64,000 bases of DNA, from NCBI GenBank assembly GCA_002269645.1, contig NIVC01000151.1, forward strand, positions 1 through 64,000, read 5' to 3'. Source of the DNA: Macrostomum lignano (taxonomy: Eukaryota). Below the pieces are notes generated by a model. It saw only the letters and a program-made list of their open reading frames with translations, was not told where the DNA came from and made no database searches. Every line of letters starts with the position of its first letter. The first letter of the stretch is position 1. The position numbers were made by a program, and so were the translations under genes. Below are positions 26,288 through 43,751 of the stretch, piece by piece.

Positions 26288-28657
26288 CTAGACTGGCCCG
26301 TCACGTCGGAACTTCTTCTTCGCAATGTCTTCAGGAAGTCGGTTGACAATGGCCATCTCCGCAGCCTTTCGCTTGATCACCGCCTCAGTGATTCGCTCCG
26401 CCTCTTGCTCCCTTCGCTTGCGAATGCGCTCCTGCTCCTTGCGAAGGACTTCGAGCTCTCTGTCCCTCTCTTCAGTCTTCCGCCTAACCTCGTCAAGCAG
26501 TTGGAGCGCTGCAGCCTTCTCCTTGATTTTTTGTTCAATCTCCTTCTCCTTGACGTCTGTCTCGTTCTGCAGGGTGCTCAGCTCCTTGCTTGCCTTCTTC
26601 TCGGCTGCGACTTCGGAAAACACCATCCCCGACAGCTTCTGGGACCGCTCCCGTTCCTCGGCAGCCAACTCGTCCCTTAGCCGCTGACGGTATGCCGCAT
26701 GTGCGCTGGCACACATGTTCTGAAGCGCCGGAGTGACGGGCAACGTCGCAGCAGTCCACTGCTGAACATCCAGGCACGATCGGGTGACAGTAAGAGCTTT
26801 GACCGTGAACGGCGCTAAGCTCTGCCGCTTCTTCGTGATGGTGTCTCTCAGTTGGCTGAACACCCGCTCAACTTCAGCGTTCCCATGGGGCAAAACAAGG
26901 AGTGCTCGTACTAGTCTCATCAGCAGAGGACGATTTCCAGCGTTCAAAACGGACTCCCAGAAGCCGACGACGTCGCCGGACGGGGCAGAGGTAGACACAT
27001 CCTCCTGGTGAAGACGCGCCTCCACCTCCAGGCTGCCGATCTCGGAGTCGGCGAAAACGCGAGGCAGACGTCGGGCCAGAGTTCCTACCCAGGTCACGTA
27101 GGAGCTGTGACCCTGCTGCTTGGGGTCCAGCATCTGGCACGCAGCGAGAACCTTGTTGCCGAGCGGAAGATATTCCTTAAGCTTCTGAGTGCCAACTTGG
27201 CAGAAGGCCTTCATGCCAGCAAGGCACACTTGCTGGTCCTCAGCGGAGAGGTCCACGAAAACTCGCTTCGCTGGCTCACCCATGCCAATGCTGAAGGGCG
27301 CGAGCCAAACAGTGGCGTCTGTCAAATCTACCTTCCATGGTCGGTGAGGCAGCTTCGTTGGCTGCACGAAGCGGAGCAGCCAGCGCTTCACTAGGTCCAT
27401 CAGCTGGGAATGAAGGCAATGAATCTGAGTTCCTTCCTGCTGAAAGAGGAGCTCAAACCGCTGGAGAGGCTGCAAAACTTCGGCCAGAAAGTTCAGAAAA
27501 AACTCCGTCTTGGGGTCGCGCAGAATCTTCTTGATCTCCGCAGCATGGCTTCCGGCTGTCTTCACGTTGACCTCCGAGAAGTACGACACAAGTGGCTGGT
27601 ACAAATGAAGCAACCGCTCCACGACGGGAAGCACCTGGAGCCAGCGAGTGTCCACGGGTCGGACAAATGCCAGCTTCTTGATCTGGGTGAAGCTCTCAGC
27701 AAGGGAGTCAAACCGAGCTTGCTCAGAATGGCACGACTTGAAGTGGCTGTAGACATCCCGGACCAACCGTTCAGCAGTCACTCCAAGGTCAGAGGCTCCA
27801 CAGGCGTACTTCGCCACATTCGCCACGTGATGCAGGGAGCAGCCACCCAAATCGACCAAGTTTGGAAAGCCGTCGTTGCACAGCCGAACAATGGTGCCAC
27901 TCTTGGCACCTCGCATTGCATTGCAGCTGTCGGACATGACAGCGATGCATTTGCTCTTCTCAAGTCCACACTCCGAAGTTGTCTGGCAGACGGCAGATGC
28001 CATGTGCTCAGCAGTCGTTGAAGTCAGCTCGGGGAGGTCAATGCAAACGATCTTTACTCCCAGTGACGATCTTGGCAAAAAGCGAGCGACAATGCCTAGA
28101 TACTTTGCTCCCTTGTTAGCCTCGTCGATTTGAAGCGAGTACCAGTCGGAAGTACGAAGCTCTTGGAGCACTGTTTCTCGGACATAGGGAAACAGCGCGT
28201 CCGTCAGCATGTAACGGATCTTGCTGCCGTGCAGCTGCATCTTGGCTGGGATCTTAGAGTCCGGACAAATTGCGGCGAGGTCCTCAGCCAGGTCGGATTC
28301 CGACTCAAAGCTCCGTGCCTTGAGCACGACTCTAGTGACGCACCGTATCTCGGCCACCCTCACAGCGCTGCTTGCCGCGATGTTCGAAGTCGAGTTGGCT
28401 TCTTCGACCTGCTCCTTGCTCACGACCAGCAGAGGAGCGCAATTCCTCCAAGCAGAGGATATTTTCTTATGCTTGGTGGAGTCTCCGTGGCTTTTTAGGT
28501 TAGTCAGGCCACTGTGAACTACAAAGTCTTTGTTGCACCATGTGCAGTTCACTTTGTTGCTACCAGCCTCAAGAACTTTTGCCCACATGCCGATTTTGTC
28601 GCCATTTTTATCGGCGTGTTGAAGCCAATCATCATTCCACGGAACTCTCTTGCTCAT
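26288..28657 (-). CDS. hAT-superfamily transposase, uninterrupted ORF (~790 aa from MSKRVPW; 831 aa from the first ATG at 28783)
   Basis: BED-like CTWC...SH...KH finger, YSLQIDE (D), AVMSDSC (D), GCSLH (CxxH), DTRW, HGNAEVERVFS (E, dimerization region), then an E/K/R-rich coiled-coil tail. Confidence 0.9.
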   Translation of the reverse strand: MSKRVPWNDDWLQHADKNGDKIGMWAKVLEAGSNKVNCTWCNKDFVVHSGLTNLKSHGDSTKHKKISSAWRNCAPLLVVSKEQVEEANSTSNIAASSAVRVAEIRCVTRVVLKARSFESESDLAEDLAAICPDSKIPAKMQLHGSKIRYMLTDALFPYVRETVLQELRTSDWYSLQIDEANKGAKYLGIVARFLPRSSLGVKIVCIDLPELTSTTAEHMASAVCQTTSECGLEKSKCIAVMSDSCNAMRGAKSGTIVRLCNDGFPNLVDLGGCSLHHVANVAKYACGASDLGVTAERLVRDVYSHFKSCHSEQARFDSLAESFTQIKKLAFVRPVDTRWLQVLPVVERLLHLYQPLVSYFSEVNVKTAGSHAAEIKKILRDPKTEFFLNFLAEVLQPLQRFELLFQQEGTQIHCLHSQLMDLVKRWLLRFVQPTKLPHRPWKVDLTDATVWLAPFSIGMGEPAKRVFVDLSAEDQQVCLAGMKAFCQVGTQKLKEYLPLGNKVLAACQMLDPKQQGHSSYVTWVGTLARRLPRVFADSEIGSLEVEARLHQEDVSTSAPSGDVVGFWESVLNAGNRPLLMRLVRALLVLPHGNAEVERVFSQLRDTITKKRQSLAPFTVKALTVTRSCLDVQQWTAATLPVTPALQNMCASAHAAYRQRLRDELAAEERERSQKLSGMVFSEVAAEKKASKELSTLQNETDVKEKEIEQKIKEKAAALQLLDEVRRKTEERDRELEVLRKEQERIRKRREQEAERITEAVIKRKAAEMAIVNRLPEDIAKKKFRRDGPV

Positions 28658-29454
28658 GTCAGGGATAAAAGTGCAGGTGCAGCTGATGTCGCTGTCGCTG
28701 GAAAAGTGAGAAGAAATAGTATTGTGATGTAGCTGTATAGCCTGTGGTAGAAAATAGAGAGTGCAATAATAACAGGATTCCATTCCATAGCTATGACCAC
28801 CAGCACAGGATTAATGATTACATCTACGACATAACTAGCAATAACTAGAGATACATGATAATGATATCAACATATGGGCCTCTTGACAAACCAAGCCAAA
28901 TAATGCTAACGCTAATGCTTAGAATGCCAAAGCTAATGCTTAAAGTGATAATGCTAATGCTATTGATAACGCTAATTTTAATGCTACTGGTAGTTTCATG
29001 GGGAAATGGAACTGTAATGCTACGCTACCGGTAATTCCCCAGGGAACTCACGCCTTCTTTCGTCATCTCCTACAAGGCGCAAACATTCAAAACAAAAAGC
29101 TATTTTTTTTAAACTACAGCTTCTATTCTTGGGTGGTCTTACAGGCTAATGGGCTTCTATGCTAGTTTACTAGCTAATACAAAAGAAGCTCCAGAGTCTA
29201 GCCAGTGCTGCGTTGTCTCATGCATGTACAGTAATTCGTGGGCAGGAAATAAGTTTAAAATCACAACCATGCAAAGTTCAATGGAACGGAAATCTTTAGC
29301 ATTAAATGTATTTTTAAAACCTATTCAGTAACAATAAATTCAGACATTCACATGCGACTATGAAGGTAAAAATAGTTATGGAGGTACAGAACACCACGAA
29401 GCATAACTATTCCAATGGGTGCCTGGAGTTTAAATGTTCTAAACAAAAAAAACT

Positions 29455-29588
29455 GGCGAAAAAGGGGGATCTTTTCCCTAAATTTTCGCGCCATTAGCCA
29501 TCCGAATTTTTCGCGCCAGCCTCGAAAAATTCGCGTATTCGCGCCATTTTCGCGTCGGCGCGAATTCGCGCCACCGCCACGACCACTG
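29455..29588 (-). mobile_element. Probable 5' terminus of the hAT element with subterminal repeats
   Basis: The minus strand begins CAGTGGTCGTGGCGGTGGCGCGAATTCGCGCC, a CAG start typical of hAT TIRs. About six TTCGCG(CC) motifs cluster in 29480-29575. No matching second terminus found. Confidence 0.6.
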
Positions 29589-31583
29589 ATACTGTCTAAC
29601 CAGCTGAATTACGAGCTAAGATGTTCTAATAAATTATAATACACTGCCGAACCTTTCTGAGAGGGGTTCGTTTTGTTTTGGTTCTGTGAATTTTTGTGCA
29701 ATAATTCGATGGGAAATGTGCTGAATATATTGTGTTATTCATTTTCATTCTCGAATTTTAATAAAAGCTAAGCTCATAGTCTCAATGGCTTCAAGGTAAT
29801 CATACATGTAAATTTTCATGTTGCGAGCCAACTCAAATAAATTCAAACCACTTAAATCATGTACACAAAATACACACAATACATAGCAGCTAGAAACATA
29901 TTTTTAACTCAAATGAATCTTCTCAGCAGAAGGGCCTGTCAACTTCAGCTCATAAAGTGGAGCCCGAGTAACCTATTGTACACAATGATAGATGTACGCC
30001 ATTCCGCTAACAGTGAAACAAGGAAGCTGGATTTGGCAAAGTGACAAAAATTAGACCTGGGATAGGAGAGAACAAGCAAGGGGATAATTAGGGACTCCAC
30101 CTTATGAGCTTAAGTTTACATAATTGTCCCTAATTGTCCCTCATCACGACTTGCATTGGACTTATTTAAATACAATTATTACGTTTGCAAATTACGAAGA
30201 TTTTTGGTGTGTTGGTAACGAAGTACTGGAAATTCTTTTAGAAACCCTAATTTACGAATCGTCTAAATCATGAATTAACTACACTAAAAAGCACAGCAAG
30301 TTAGATTTAAAGAGTAACATTGGGTAGTTTTTTCGAATGGGAAACGTGTTGTGATCTCCGGAAATCTTTTTAGTAAAACAAAATATTTTTAACTGTATAA
30401 TACTAGACAAAGTAGAATCTTTAAAAAAGAAAATACCATTTTAAAACTGCACTTCTACAACAAAATCTAACGGAATTTTATGAACTAAAAATACTTGATT
30501 GCTACAGTCAATTGTTCGTTTAATTTAGTTTCTGAAAACTAATTTTTTACATTGAAGATTTGTATCTATTTTGAAATTATAAATTAAATGATTCTAATTT
30601 AGGTCATACAGAAAATATTATAATAATGCTAATGCTACTATTAGGATTATCTGTTTGTTGCTTTTTCGTCTTGTATTTATTCGATCGTAACATATTTTTA
30701 TGACTTGGTCCATTAAAAATATCTCTATACGACTATAGAGAATCTACTTTAACTTAGGCATTAAAATTCCATAATATAGTACTAAAATAGGTTTCCGTCC
30801 AACAAAAATAGGCCTTCGTTCATATCAATTTAATTATAATCAAATTTGATTCTTCAGATTTTAGATTGAAGTAGATTTATAAAATTTTAATAAGTAGTCA
30901 ATTCGATTGCACTGACAGTTTAACCATTTACATACATATTACTAAATAAAAATGTATAAATGTATTGTTGCTGATCTCAACTCTCATATAAATATAATGC
31001 ACTAATCAGTCACTCTTAAATTTAAAAGGCTTTAAGTTTTCCTTTTATAATTTTTCTATGAATAAAATTTTGAATAGCACAAAAACCTTAAGAACTGTTT
31101 TTTCAAATATATATTTTTTTCACATATTAACCAATGAAGTTCTTTTTAATGGTAGATCCACTAGCTTAAAAATTAAAGCTAGTGGATCTCTTGATATCTG
31201 TTGCACTGAAAAATAGAGAGAGTAATTTTGTGCAATAATATTGGTTTGTTTTATGGTATGTGGAAAGAAGGTTTTGGAAAATTTGGTTGATATTTAATAG
31301 ATATCGTTAAAAAATTATTGCTCTTATCTCATTCCACGGCCATTTCCTATGAATAAGAAATATAGAAAATAGAATATTATGAAATAAATATTAGAATAAA
31401 ATATTAACTAGTTAATTATTAATTCTAAACTCAGTCACCCAGTCATTAATTAAAATTTTAAATACTTAAACTGATTGTGGGTCTCCGACTTCCGGATCTT
31501 CTGCCGCAGCATCAGCAAGACACCTGAGGCTCCATCGAGTTGCTAAGTCAAAAACTTCCCTTCGAACAGCCGCTCAGCCCCGC

Positions 31584-36308
<4,725 letters not shown>

Positions 36309-36729
36309 CTTCAGTGCCTCTGCCGCAGACCAAGCGAACCAAGTCAGCGAATTTCTACCGTATCCTTTGTTAGTCGGCTGCAGAGAAACATTCCGTCCTG
36401 ATTGATCGTTTTTATTTTTGTACATTCCTTGCTTTTTTACCTGAGATTTTTCAGAGATGCATCGTTTCTCGAGATGCGCATCATGCCAGCTGTGTTCCTG
36501 TCACTGTGTTCTTTTCTCGCGCTCTTTTAATTGCCTTTGTAACCAAGGTAACGATGACGCAGCAGTCCCGTTCGACTGCGAATGACGGCTCAGGTCCGGG
36601 TGTGGACCGCAGATTATCAATCGATCTTATCAATCATTTGCTGATCTTTTAGTCACGCTGTACTTTGCCAGTGCCTTAGAGCTGATTCGTGATTTTATAT
36701 TTTATTCATCACTTTGGACTGCTAAACTC

Positions 36730-37410
36730 ATCCCTGATCCTGATCCCTGATCCTGATCCCTGATCCTGATCCCTGATCCTGATCCCTGATCCTGATCCCT
36801 GATCCTGATCCCTGATCCTGATCCCTGATCCTGATCCCTGATCCTGATCCCTGATCCTGATCCCTGATCCTGATTCCTGATCCCTGATCCTGATCCTGAT
36901 CCCTGATCCTGATCCCTGATCCTGATCCCTGATCCTGATCCCTGATCCTGATCCCTGATCCTGATCCCTGATCCTGATCCCTGATCCTGATCCCTGATCC
37001 TGATCCCTGATCCTGATCCCTGATCCTGATCCCTGATCCTGATCCCTGATCCTGATCCCTGATCCTGATCCTGATCCCTGATCCTGATCCCTGATCCTGA
37101 TCCCTGATCCTGATCCCTGATCCTGATCCCTGATCCTGATCCCTGATCCTGATCCCTGATCCTGATCCCTGATCCTGATCCCTGATCCTGATCCCTGATC
37201 CTGATCCCTGATCCTGATCCCTGATCCTGATCCCTGATCCTGATCCCTGATCCTGATCCCTGATCCTGATCCCTGATCCTGATCCCTGATCCTGATCCCT
37301 GATCCTGATCCCTGATCCTGATCCCTGATCCTGATCCCTGATCCTGATCCCTGATCCTGATCCCTGATCCTGATCCCTGATCCTGATCCCTGATCCTGAT
37401 CCCTGATCCT
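36730..37410. repeat. 13-bp minisatellite
   Basis: Unit GATCCTGATCCCT, ~52 copies. Confidence 0.97.
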
Positions 37411-40400
37411 GCTTACTATGAGTAGCCAGTTCATGTTTCTTCTAGACGTGTTTCTGTCTGTCACCGCGTGCCTTCCGCCACTCATTCCGGCGCTTTTGCC
37501 CCCTTTTCAGAAGAAGCGCCGATGTTGTGGATAATTTTTTTCTGAACTTTGCTGCTCTGAAACACCCAGTCAGAATTTTGAATATAAAGTACATCAGGCA
37601 CTCTAAACTGCAAATCGAGTCTGCTCAGTCTTTGCAGACCAGTCAGTCTGTAGAAAAATCAATAAATTCTACTACCGAATGTATGCTTCTAATTTGAAAT
37701 TTAGTGGGAGTTCGAGTTCGATTTTCTTCCTGCCTGCAGCTGGGGAATCTGGCAGCTCACTCGGTTTGTTGCGGCGGGGGCATTTTTGGTTGTGTCGCAA
37801 ATCAGATTGAAGAAGACAAACAGTCAGGCCCATCCCGCTGCCCCTGAGCATACGGATACGCACGCAGACAGGTATCTTGCTTAGTGAGCTGGTCCTGATT
37901 CAGTTTAAATAAATTTGAGTTGAATGCTTTTGAACTTAATACATGTGGTGTATGTGCGTGTACAGTACATATATCAGTAGAAGCTACGATATAATTTAGC
38001 ACAGTTTTTAAAGTACTTTTATATTTAAAGCGTTAAAGCGAATTGCATGAAAAGTTAAAAAATAAGCAGCAAAGGAAGATTGGCGTTGCAAGTTTCGTAA
38101 GAGATTGGTTTCATTTTTTAGCCTCACCGTCCTGGAAAGGGGAGGAAAGGAGAATTCATTCACTAGATATACGATTTTAATTTCGATATCGAAAGGTGAA
38201 TAAAACAGTAGTAGGGCCATTATTCAATGCAATTCTTTTTATTCTAGTATTTTTACGAGCGCAATGACATGTCAGATCTGTCAGCTTTGGCCATAGACAA
38301 AGCTCTGAACCAATGAAATTTGGCTTGACGTACTGGGCCTGCAATCAATTTTCTTGGTAATGTACGCTTTAATTGATGCAAAAATACCAAACAAATATAA
38401 GCATCGGCGCCCTCTGATTTTCCCATTAACGCCCTTAAAGCATGGGTATTACTATTATTGTGCCATAGACATTTGTGTCCTTGACAAAGTGGGACAGAAT
38501 AATCGGGCGTTAAATGTCATTAACTGCCCGCTAATTTGCATTAAAGTAAGTTTGACATAGACAATCGGGCGTTGAATGTCATTAACTGCCCGCTAATTTC
38601 GATATTTCTTTCCTGCAAGCGGGCTTAAATGTAGTCTATGTCATTAAAAGGCAAGGATAAGTGCCCAGCGGGCACAAAGGTCATGGTACAATAAGGATTT
38701 TTGGCCACAGACAATTTCTTAGATTTTCGGCGGAATTTGTTTTTGGCGAACCCCCATTTAGCGCTCTGGGTTCTCCAGAGTATTGCTAGTGCTTTTCGGG
38801 TCAGTGTGTTTGGCGACAAGTTAGCTCAACTTCCGTGAGAAGTTGATTGTACTCATGCTCGAGTACAGAAGCTGCAAGAGTATGAGGCAACCCAGCTGGA
38901 CAATTGTGTGCGAGAAGCCAAACTACTGGGCACTAACTTCGAAGTTGCTTCAGTCTCACAGATAGAGACAACAGACCTTGCCAACTCGACTCAGCAGACG
39001 CCAATCCGGCCAAGTCTCTATGCAAGTATTCAGCCCGGAGGTGACAAGTTACACGTCGAGTTTAAGTTTGGCTCTCAACTGGTGAGGGATAATTGGATAG
39101 ATTTTGGGTTATGTTTGGCTACGCTCTTGTGTGCCTCAAAAAATATTAATTCAAAACACCGTTACCTATTTTAGTTTGTGGGTGATTTAAACTGCATGAC
39201 ATCTAATTCAAGCGTGTCTAAGTGAGTGGGACATTTATTGTATTGGATTTCTCATACAATCTTAGGTCTATTGTTCGCAAAAAATGAGAAAGTGGTAAAA
39301 ACTTTCCAATCGATCAGACCGTGTTCTTAGCAGTATATAAATACAAGTGAAATTACAAGCAAATTAATCAGATTCTGGAGTGATCTAAGAACTCTCTCTA
39401 AGGAACTCTTTTTTTTCTGCGACGCTTGCATAATCGACTTCTGGTGCTAGATTATTCGGCGAATCTACGAGTATTTGCGACAAATTGTGACTATTTTAGA
39501 CTCATACGGAACTGGTGAAGTCCGAAGCTAAGTGGACATCTCTGTATTGATTTTGGTCACGGTTCTGGAACTGATTCTAGAAACGGAACCGTCGAAATGA
39601 AAAGTTCCGAACCGATTTTGGTTTTTGAATCGGTGTAATGAAAGGCCTTCCTTGTAGCTAACAAAACGCGGCCATACTAGTAGAATATCTAATTGCCGAA
39701 ATAGAATGAGAGTTTTGTTGAAATTATGACCGGAAAGGTGTACGAGTCTATTAAAAACTTCATCCAGTTTGTAAGCGAACAGTTTTATCAGTTTTATTCG
39801 GTTTATTAGTAATAAAAGGCTTTCAGGACCTGAATGTGGGTAAAATTGCATTACCCATTAATACGAGCGTAATAAGATGCTTAACAATCCGTTAATTCTC
39901 AAACACATAAAATCTTCAGATGTTGATCGAGAGCAAAAATGAGATTGGCAGGGGATCCGATCGGGACTCTGATGAAGTGAACTGGCAGGAAAGTGCTGCG
40001 TCAAAAAAGGCTTTTCAAAGAAACCGTTTAACAAATACTCAAGTATCAGAGAGACGATACAGAAAAAGCCGGCTGCTCCTGAAAACACGTTTGAAAGAGT
40101 CTTTAAAAAATTCGACTCTGAGCTGAGCGCATGCAGGGTCAGTATGCTTTGCCTTAAGACCGCCTGTGGTGCTGGGGCTCCTTGGCTCCTATTGTTAAGC
40201 GTATGCACAGTTTGGAGTAGGAGTGTTGCAACTGCAACCTTTGAGTCTCTTCCATAAAAATAGAAACCCTTTATAGACTGCAGTTTAACGGGGTTCGGAG
40301 AATGCAGTGGGGCTTTTTGTGACCTAAGAGTGGCAGCGAGAAGGTAGAGAGACATGCATGAGAGAGAAGAATTAATAGTAAATTTCCATGGCAAATGAAA

Positions 40401-40781
40401 GCAATTGACGGAAAGACACAAGAATAGATATTCAGTTTTGAGTGCGTAGTTGTCTTCGCTACGAGCGCTAAGACTGAAATTGTAAAATTGTTTAATTTCA
40501 TTTCGTACAATAATCCAAGGAACGATTCCTGGAACGGACTTCTTAAAGATTAGGAACAGCCGACCATTAAAAAATGTAAAAAAAAGAATAGCGAGAGCGA
40601 GAATAGTGCACTCAAGTCACAATAACACATTCATGACATTATTATTCTTGTTGTTGCTATCCTTGCTACTTCCTCGTTGCTTCCACACTTTAGAAACGCA
40701 TAGGAATCCCGTAATTTCTGGGTATTTCTTCGTTCCTTGTTAAACTTTAACACCTTGTTCATCTTTTGGTGAAAAAAAATT

Positions 40782-41865
40782 AGACATAGATCGGCTATGC
40801 TATTGTTTCTGTTTGCGTTGCTACAATCGTATGTTTTCGTAATTCTGTCTATGTGCTAAAGTATTGCAGCGATTGAAAGTACCCAAGTTAGTAGACAGGA
40901 GTGTGAGACAACTTTTTGGCTTTATTGAAATAAATCTGAATTCTGGGCTCGTTCCTGGCCTCACCGCATGTAATTGCTTCAAGCGAGTCATCACAATGGC
41001 GTCGCGGCTCGACACCTTAAACCTCGCGGAGGCAGACCGCGCCTTAACCTGGCTGAAAGCTTTCAAAGCTCTTGCTCGCTCGAAGAAGTGGGAAGATTCA
41101 GAATCGTCTAAAACGATTGCCGACAACTTTCTGGCCTTGTGTGGACTGGACACACTTGAGAAGCTAACTCATATTGTTGCGCCGAAGGAAATCGAGACGC
41201 TGCTATTCCAAGAGATTGAAACTGCGATCATCAACTATTTAAAGCCCAAGAAGTCTTTTATAATAGCTGAGCGCACGATGTTTTTGGCCTTCGCCAGGCA
41301 GCTGGTGAGTTCATCACGGATTTTCTATCCCTCCTGCGCAAGGCAGCCTCTCGATGCGCCTTTGACAACCTGAAGACTTACACAAGCCCGGAGGACGAGA
41401 TGGTGAGATTGGCGCTCATCGCGGGAATCAGCGATCCAGAAGTTCAGAGGCGCGTGCTGGGTGCAATTCAGACCTCGACTGGCGTGTCTGGCGGAGAAGG
41501 ACAAAGGCAAACGAAGGAACTGCCAATCTCGGATATTGGGAACCCGACCGCTACATGCCATAGAATCGGACACGTCCCAACGAACCAGTTTAATAACTCA
41601 CTATGTTGTATCACAGACTACTCTAAGCTCAGATTAGAGCCACGTGTTCAGGCTCCCAGACGCTTTCCCCAGTTTATAATCGTTGTTACATGTATAATCT
41701 AAGAAGGCTTTCTCCGGAGGGGGCATGACATAGATCGGCTATGCTATTGGTTTTATTGAAACACTTGAAAAGTTGAGACAACTTTTTGGCTTTATTGAAA
41801 TAAATCTGAATTCTGGGCTCGTTCCTGGCCTCACCGCATGTAATTGCTTCAAGCGAGTCATCACA
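40782..41865 (+). mobile_element. Small non-autonomous Ty3/Gypsy LTR element (gag only, pol deleted)
   Basis: 5' LTR 40782-40995 and 3' LTR 41726-41865 (TG...CA) share both ends (GACATAGATCGGCTATGCTATTG; GAGACAAC...GAGTCATCACA). PBS-like TGGCG overlaps the gag ATG at 40996; PPT GGAGGGGG precedes the 3' LTR. Gag motifs FLALCG, IVAPK, YLKPKKSFIIAER, LIAGISDPEVQRRVL, with a frameshift near 41290-41330. Confidence 0.85.
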
Positions 41866-42241
41866 TAGGAATCCCGTAATTTCTGGGTATTTCTTCGTTC
41901 CTTGTTAAACTTTCACACCTTGTTCATCTTTTGGTGAAAATAAAAATAATTATTATGAACACGTACATAAAAGGCTGTATTCACTAGACTTTAATTTCTA
42001 TTCATGTATTATCCAGATTGCTTCAGAAGAAAAAAGGCCACTAAAACCATAGACACACATTCAAAGCGGCCTTTTAGAATTCTGCCAGTATTTGCAAGTG
42101 TAACATCCTGTGTTGTTAGGTAGTCCATGTATAGAATCTGTGCTCCCAGACGTGCTTCAGTGCCTCATTTTCATATGGTCTAGCGAACAAGTGAGATGAA
42201 ATAATTAATTTTCTACCCTGGACAAAACAGTTATCACGCAC

Positions 42242-42400
42242 GCTGACCAGGACACACGTTGGTGCCGTGACCAGGACACAATGTTGGTGCCGTGACCAGG
42301 ACACACGTTGGTGCCGTGACCAGCACACAATGTTGGTGCCGTGACCAGGACACACTGTTGGTGCCGTGACCAGGACACACGTTGGTGCCGTGACCAGGAG
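42242..42400. repeat. 24-25-bp minisatellite
   Basis: Unit GTGCCGTGACCAGGACACACGTTG, ~6 copies. Confidence 0.9.
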
Positions 42401-42404
42401 ACAA

Positions 42405-42570
42405 CAGTCTAAAGTCGAAGATCAGCTGCTTCAACTGCCGAGGACCTCACAAGAAGGTGCAGTGCCCTAACAAAGCAGGAGGTGTTCATCTGGCATCAGA
42501 AGAGGAAGAGGCATCGGCTGCTGGGAGAACCCGATTATTGATGGGCAGGCAAATGGCAGGAGTTTGAAAA
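42405..42570 (+). pseudogene. Retroelement gag fragment with a zinc knuckle
   Basis: Frame starting at 42421 reads ISCFNCRGPHKKVQCPNKAGGVHLASEEEE (CX2CX3HX4C). Confidence 0.55.
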
Positions 42571-43751
42571 AGCCATTAATGAGGATTTATTTTTCAGCAT
42601 ATCTTCAATTTTTTTAAAAATTCTTACAGAACCCGAGCGCAACGTCAAGATATTGACTACTCGGACATTTAACCAATAGTCAGTGTGAATTGCTGGTGTA
42701 AATTATTTAAGTTTTCCTCAGCTCGGATGGCTGACGGCAGATTCGGGACTGTGAGAGGTTGCATCAGAGGCAGCATGGATAGGAGCAACAGATACATTAC
42801 ATACATTAAATAGTTAGATTTAATGTAATTTAAATAGTTAGATACATTAAATAGTTCTGAGTTTTGCCATGGATGAATAAAACCATGGATTGCTCGTCTG
42901 CCTTAAATTTAGGGGTGCAATTTTGCCTCGCGAAGCCCCCGTTCGCACCGATTGGCTGCTGAAGATTTCTTGGTTGTCTATGCTAAAAACGTTGTAAAAT
43001 GCAGTGCTTATGCACGGAATTACGAAAGTCTCCTATATAACAATGTATGATTATCGAGAGGTCACGCTTCACACACAACTGCCATAGCGTCGAGGCCGGT
43101 AGGCTACCTCCGGGCCCTAACTTTCCTTTCCAGAGAGCACTATAGCTGCTGGCGACACTGGGGGACTTCCCTGGGCGGTGCCAACCCTTCGTTCATAGCG
43201 ACGCGTCGGCCGTTCAAGGATTAGCGGAATGGGCGTTCGCGCCTTCCCACTGTGTCCCCCCGGGACAGCCCTGCAGCTTAATCAAGTAAGTCAAGTCTAC
43301 CTGTGACGAGTTTTCGACGCTGCTGTCCCAGAAGAAGCCGCCATCGGCTGTGCGTCTTTGCTACGCTACAGCGGAAGGATTTATTGGCATATCTGAGAGA
43401 ATCGGCGCCATTCCAAAGGTGTGGTTTGGCGCCCCTCACGCCTCTATCCTCGGAATTTCCGTGATTTCGCTGAGAAGAACTCGGACTGTTCCGGACAAAC
43501 GGCTTCCCTTAAGTATTGGGTAAAACAGAAAGTTCTCACGGTTTGTGAAGATAAGACTACAGAATTTCTGGAAGCCACGTGTGCAGAGGTATAAAAAGGC
43601 CATTGACTGATGTAGAGCAACCCGAATTCAAGTTTCAGCTACAGTGCTAAAGTACCATTACATATACTCGTACTTCAAGTACTTCACTTCATAGAACGCT
43701 TCAAAAACCGCGAGAACTTTCTTTTTTACCCAATAAAAAGATCCTTTACCC

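Noticed and set aside
36709-37485. 258-aa ORF of GSGSGIRIRDQDQ repeats
   Set aside because: 13-bp tandem repeat cycling through frames; no unique coding flanks.
37450-40650. Assorted 60-190-aa ORFs and a 39-bp direct repeat (38500/38563)
   Set aside because: No motifs I can recognise; probably decayed TE sequence, with no termini defined.
43165-43210. CGTTCATAGCGACG, identical to a 14-nt stretch I recall from 28S rRNA
   Set aside because: Flanks do not continue the rRNA sequence; too short to exceed chance.
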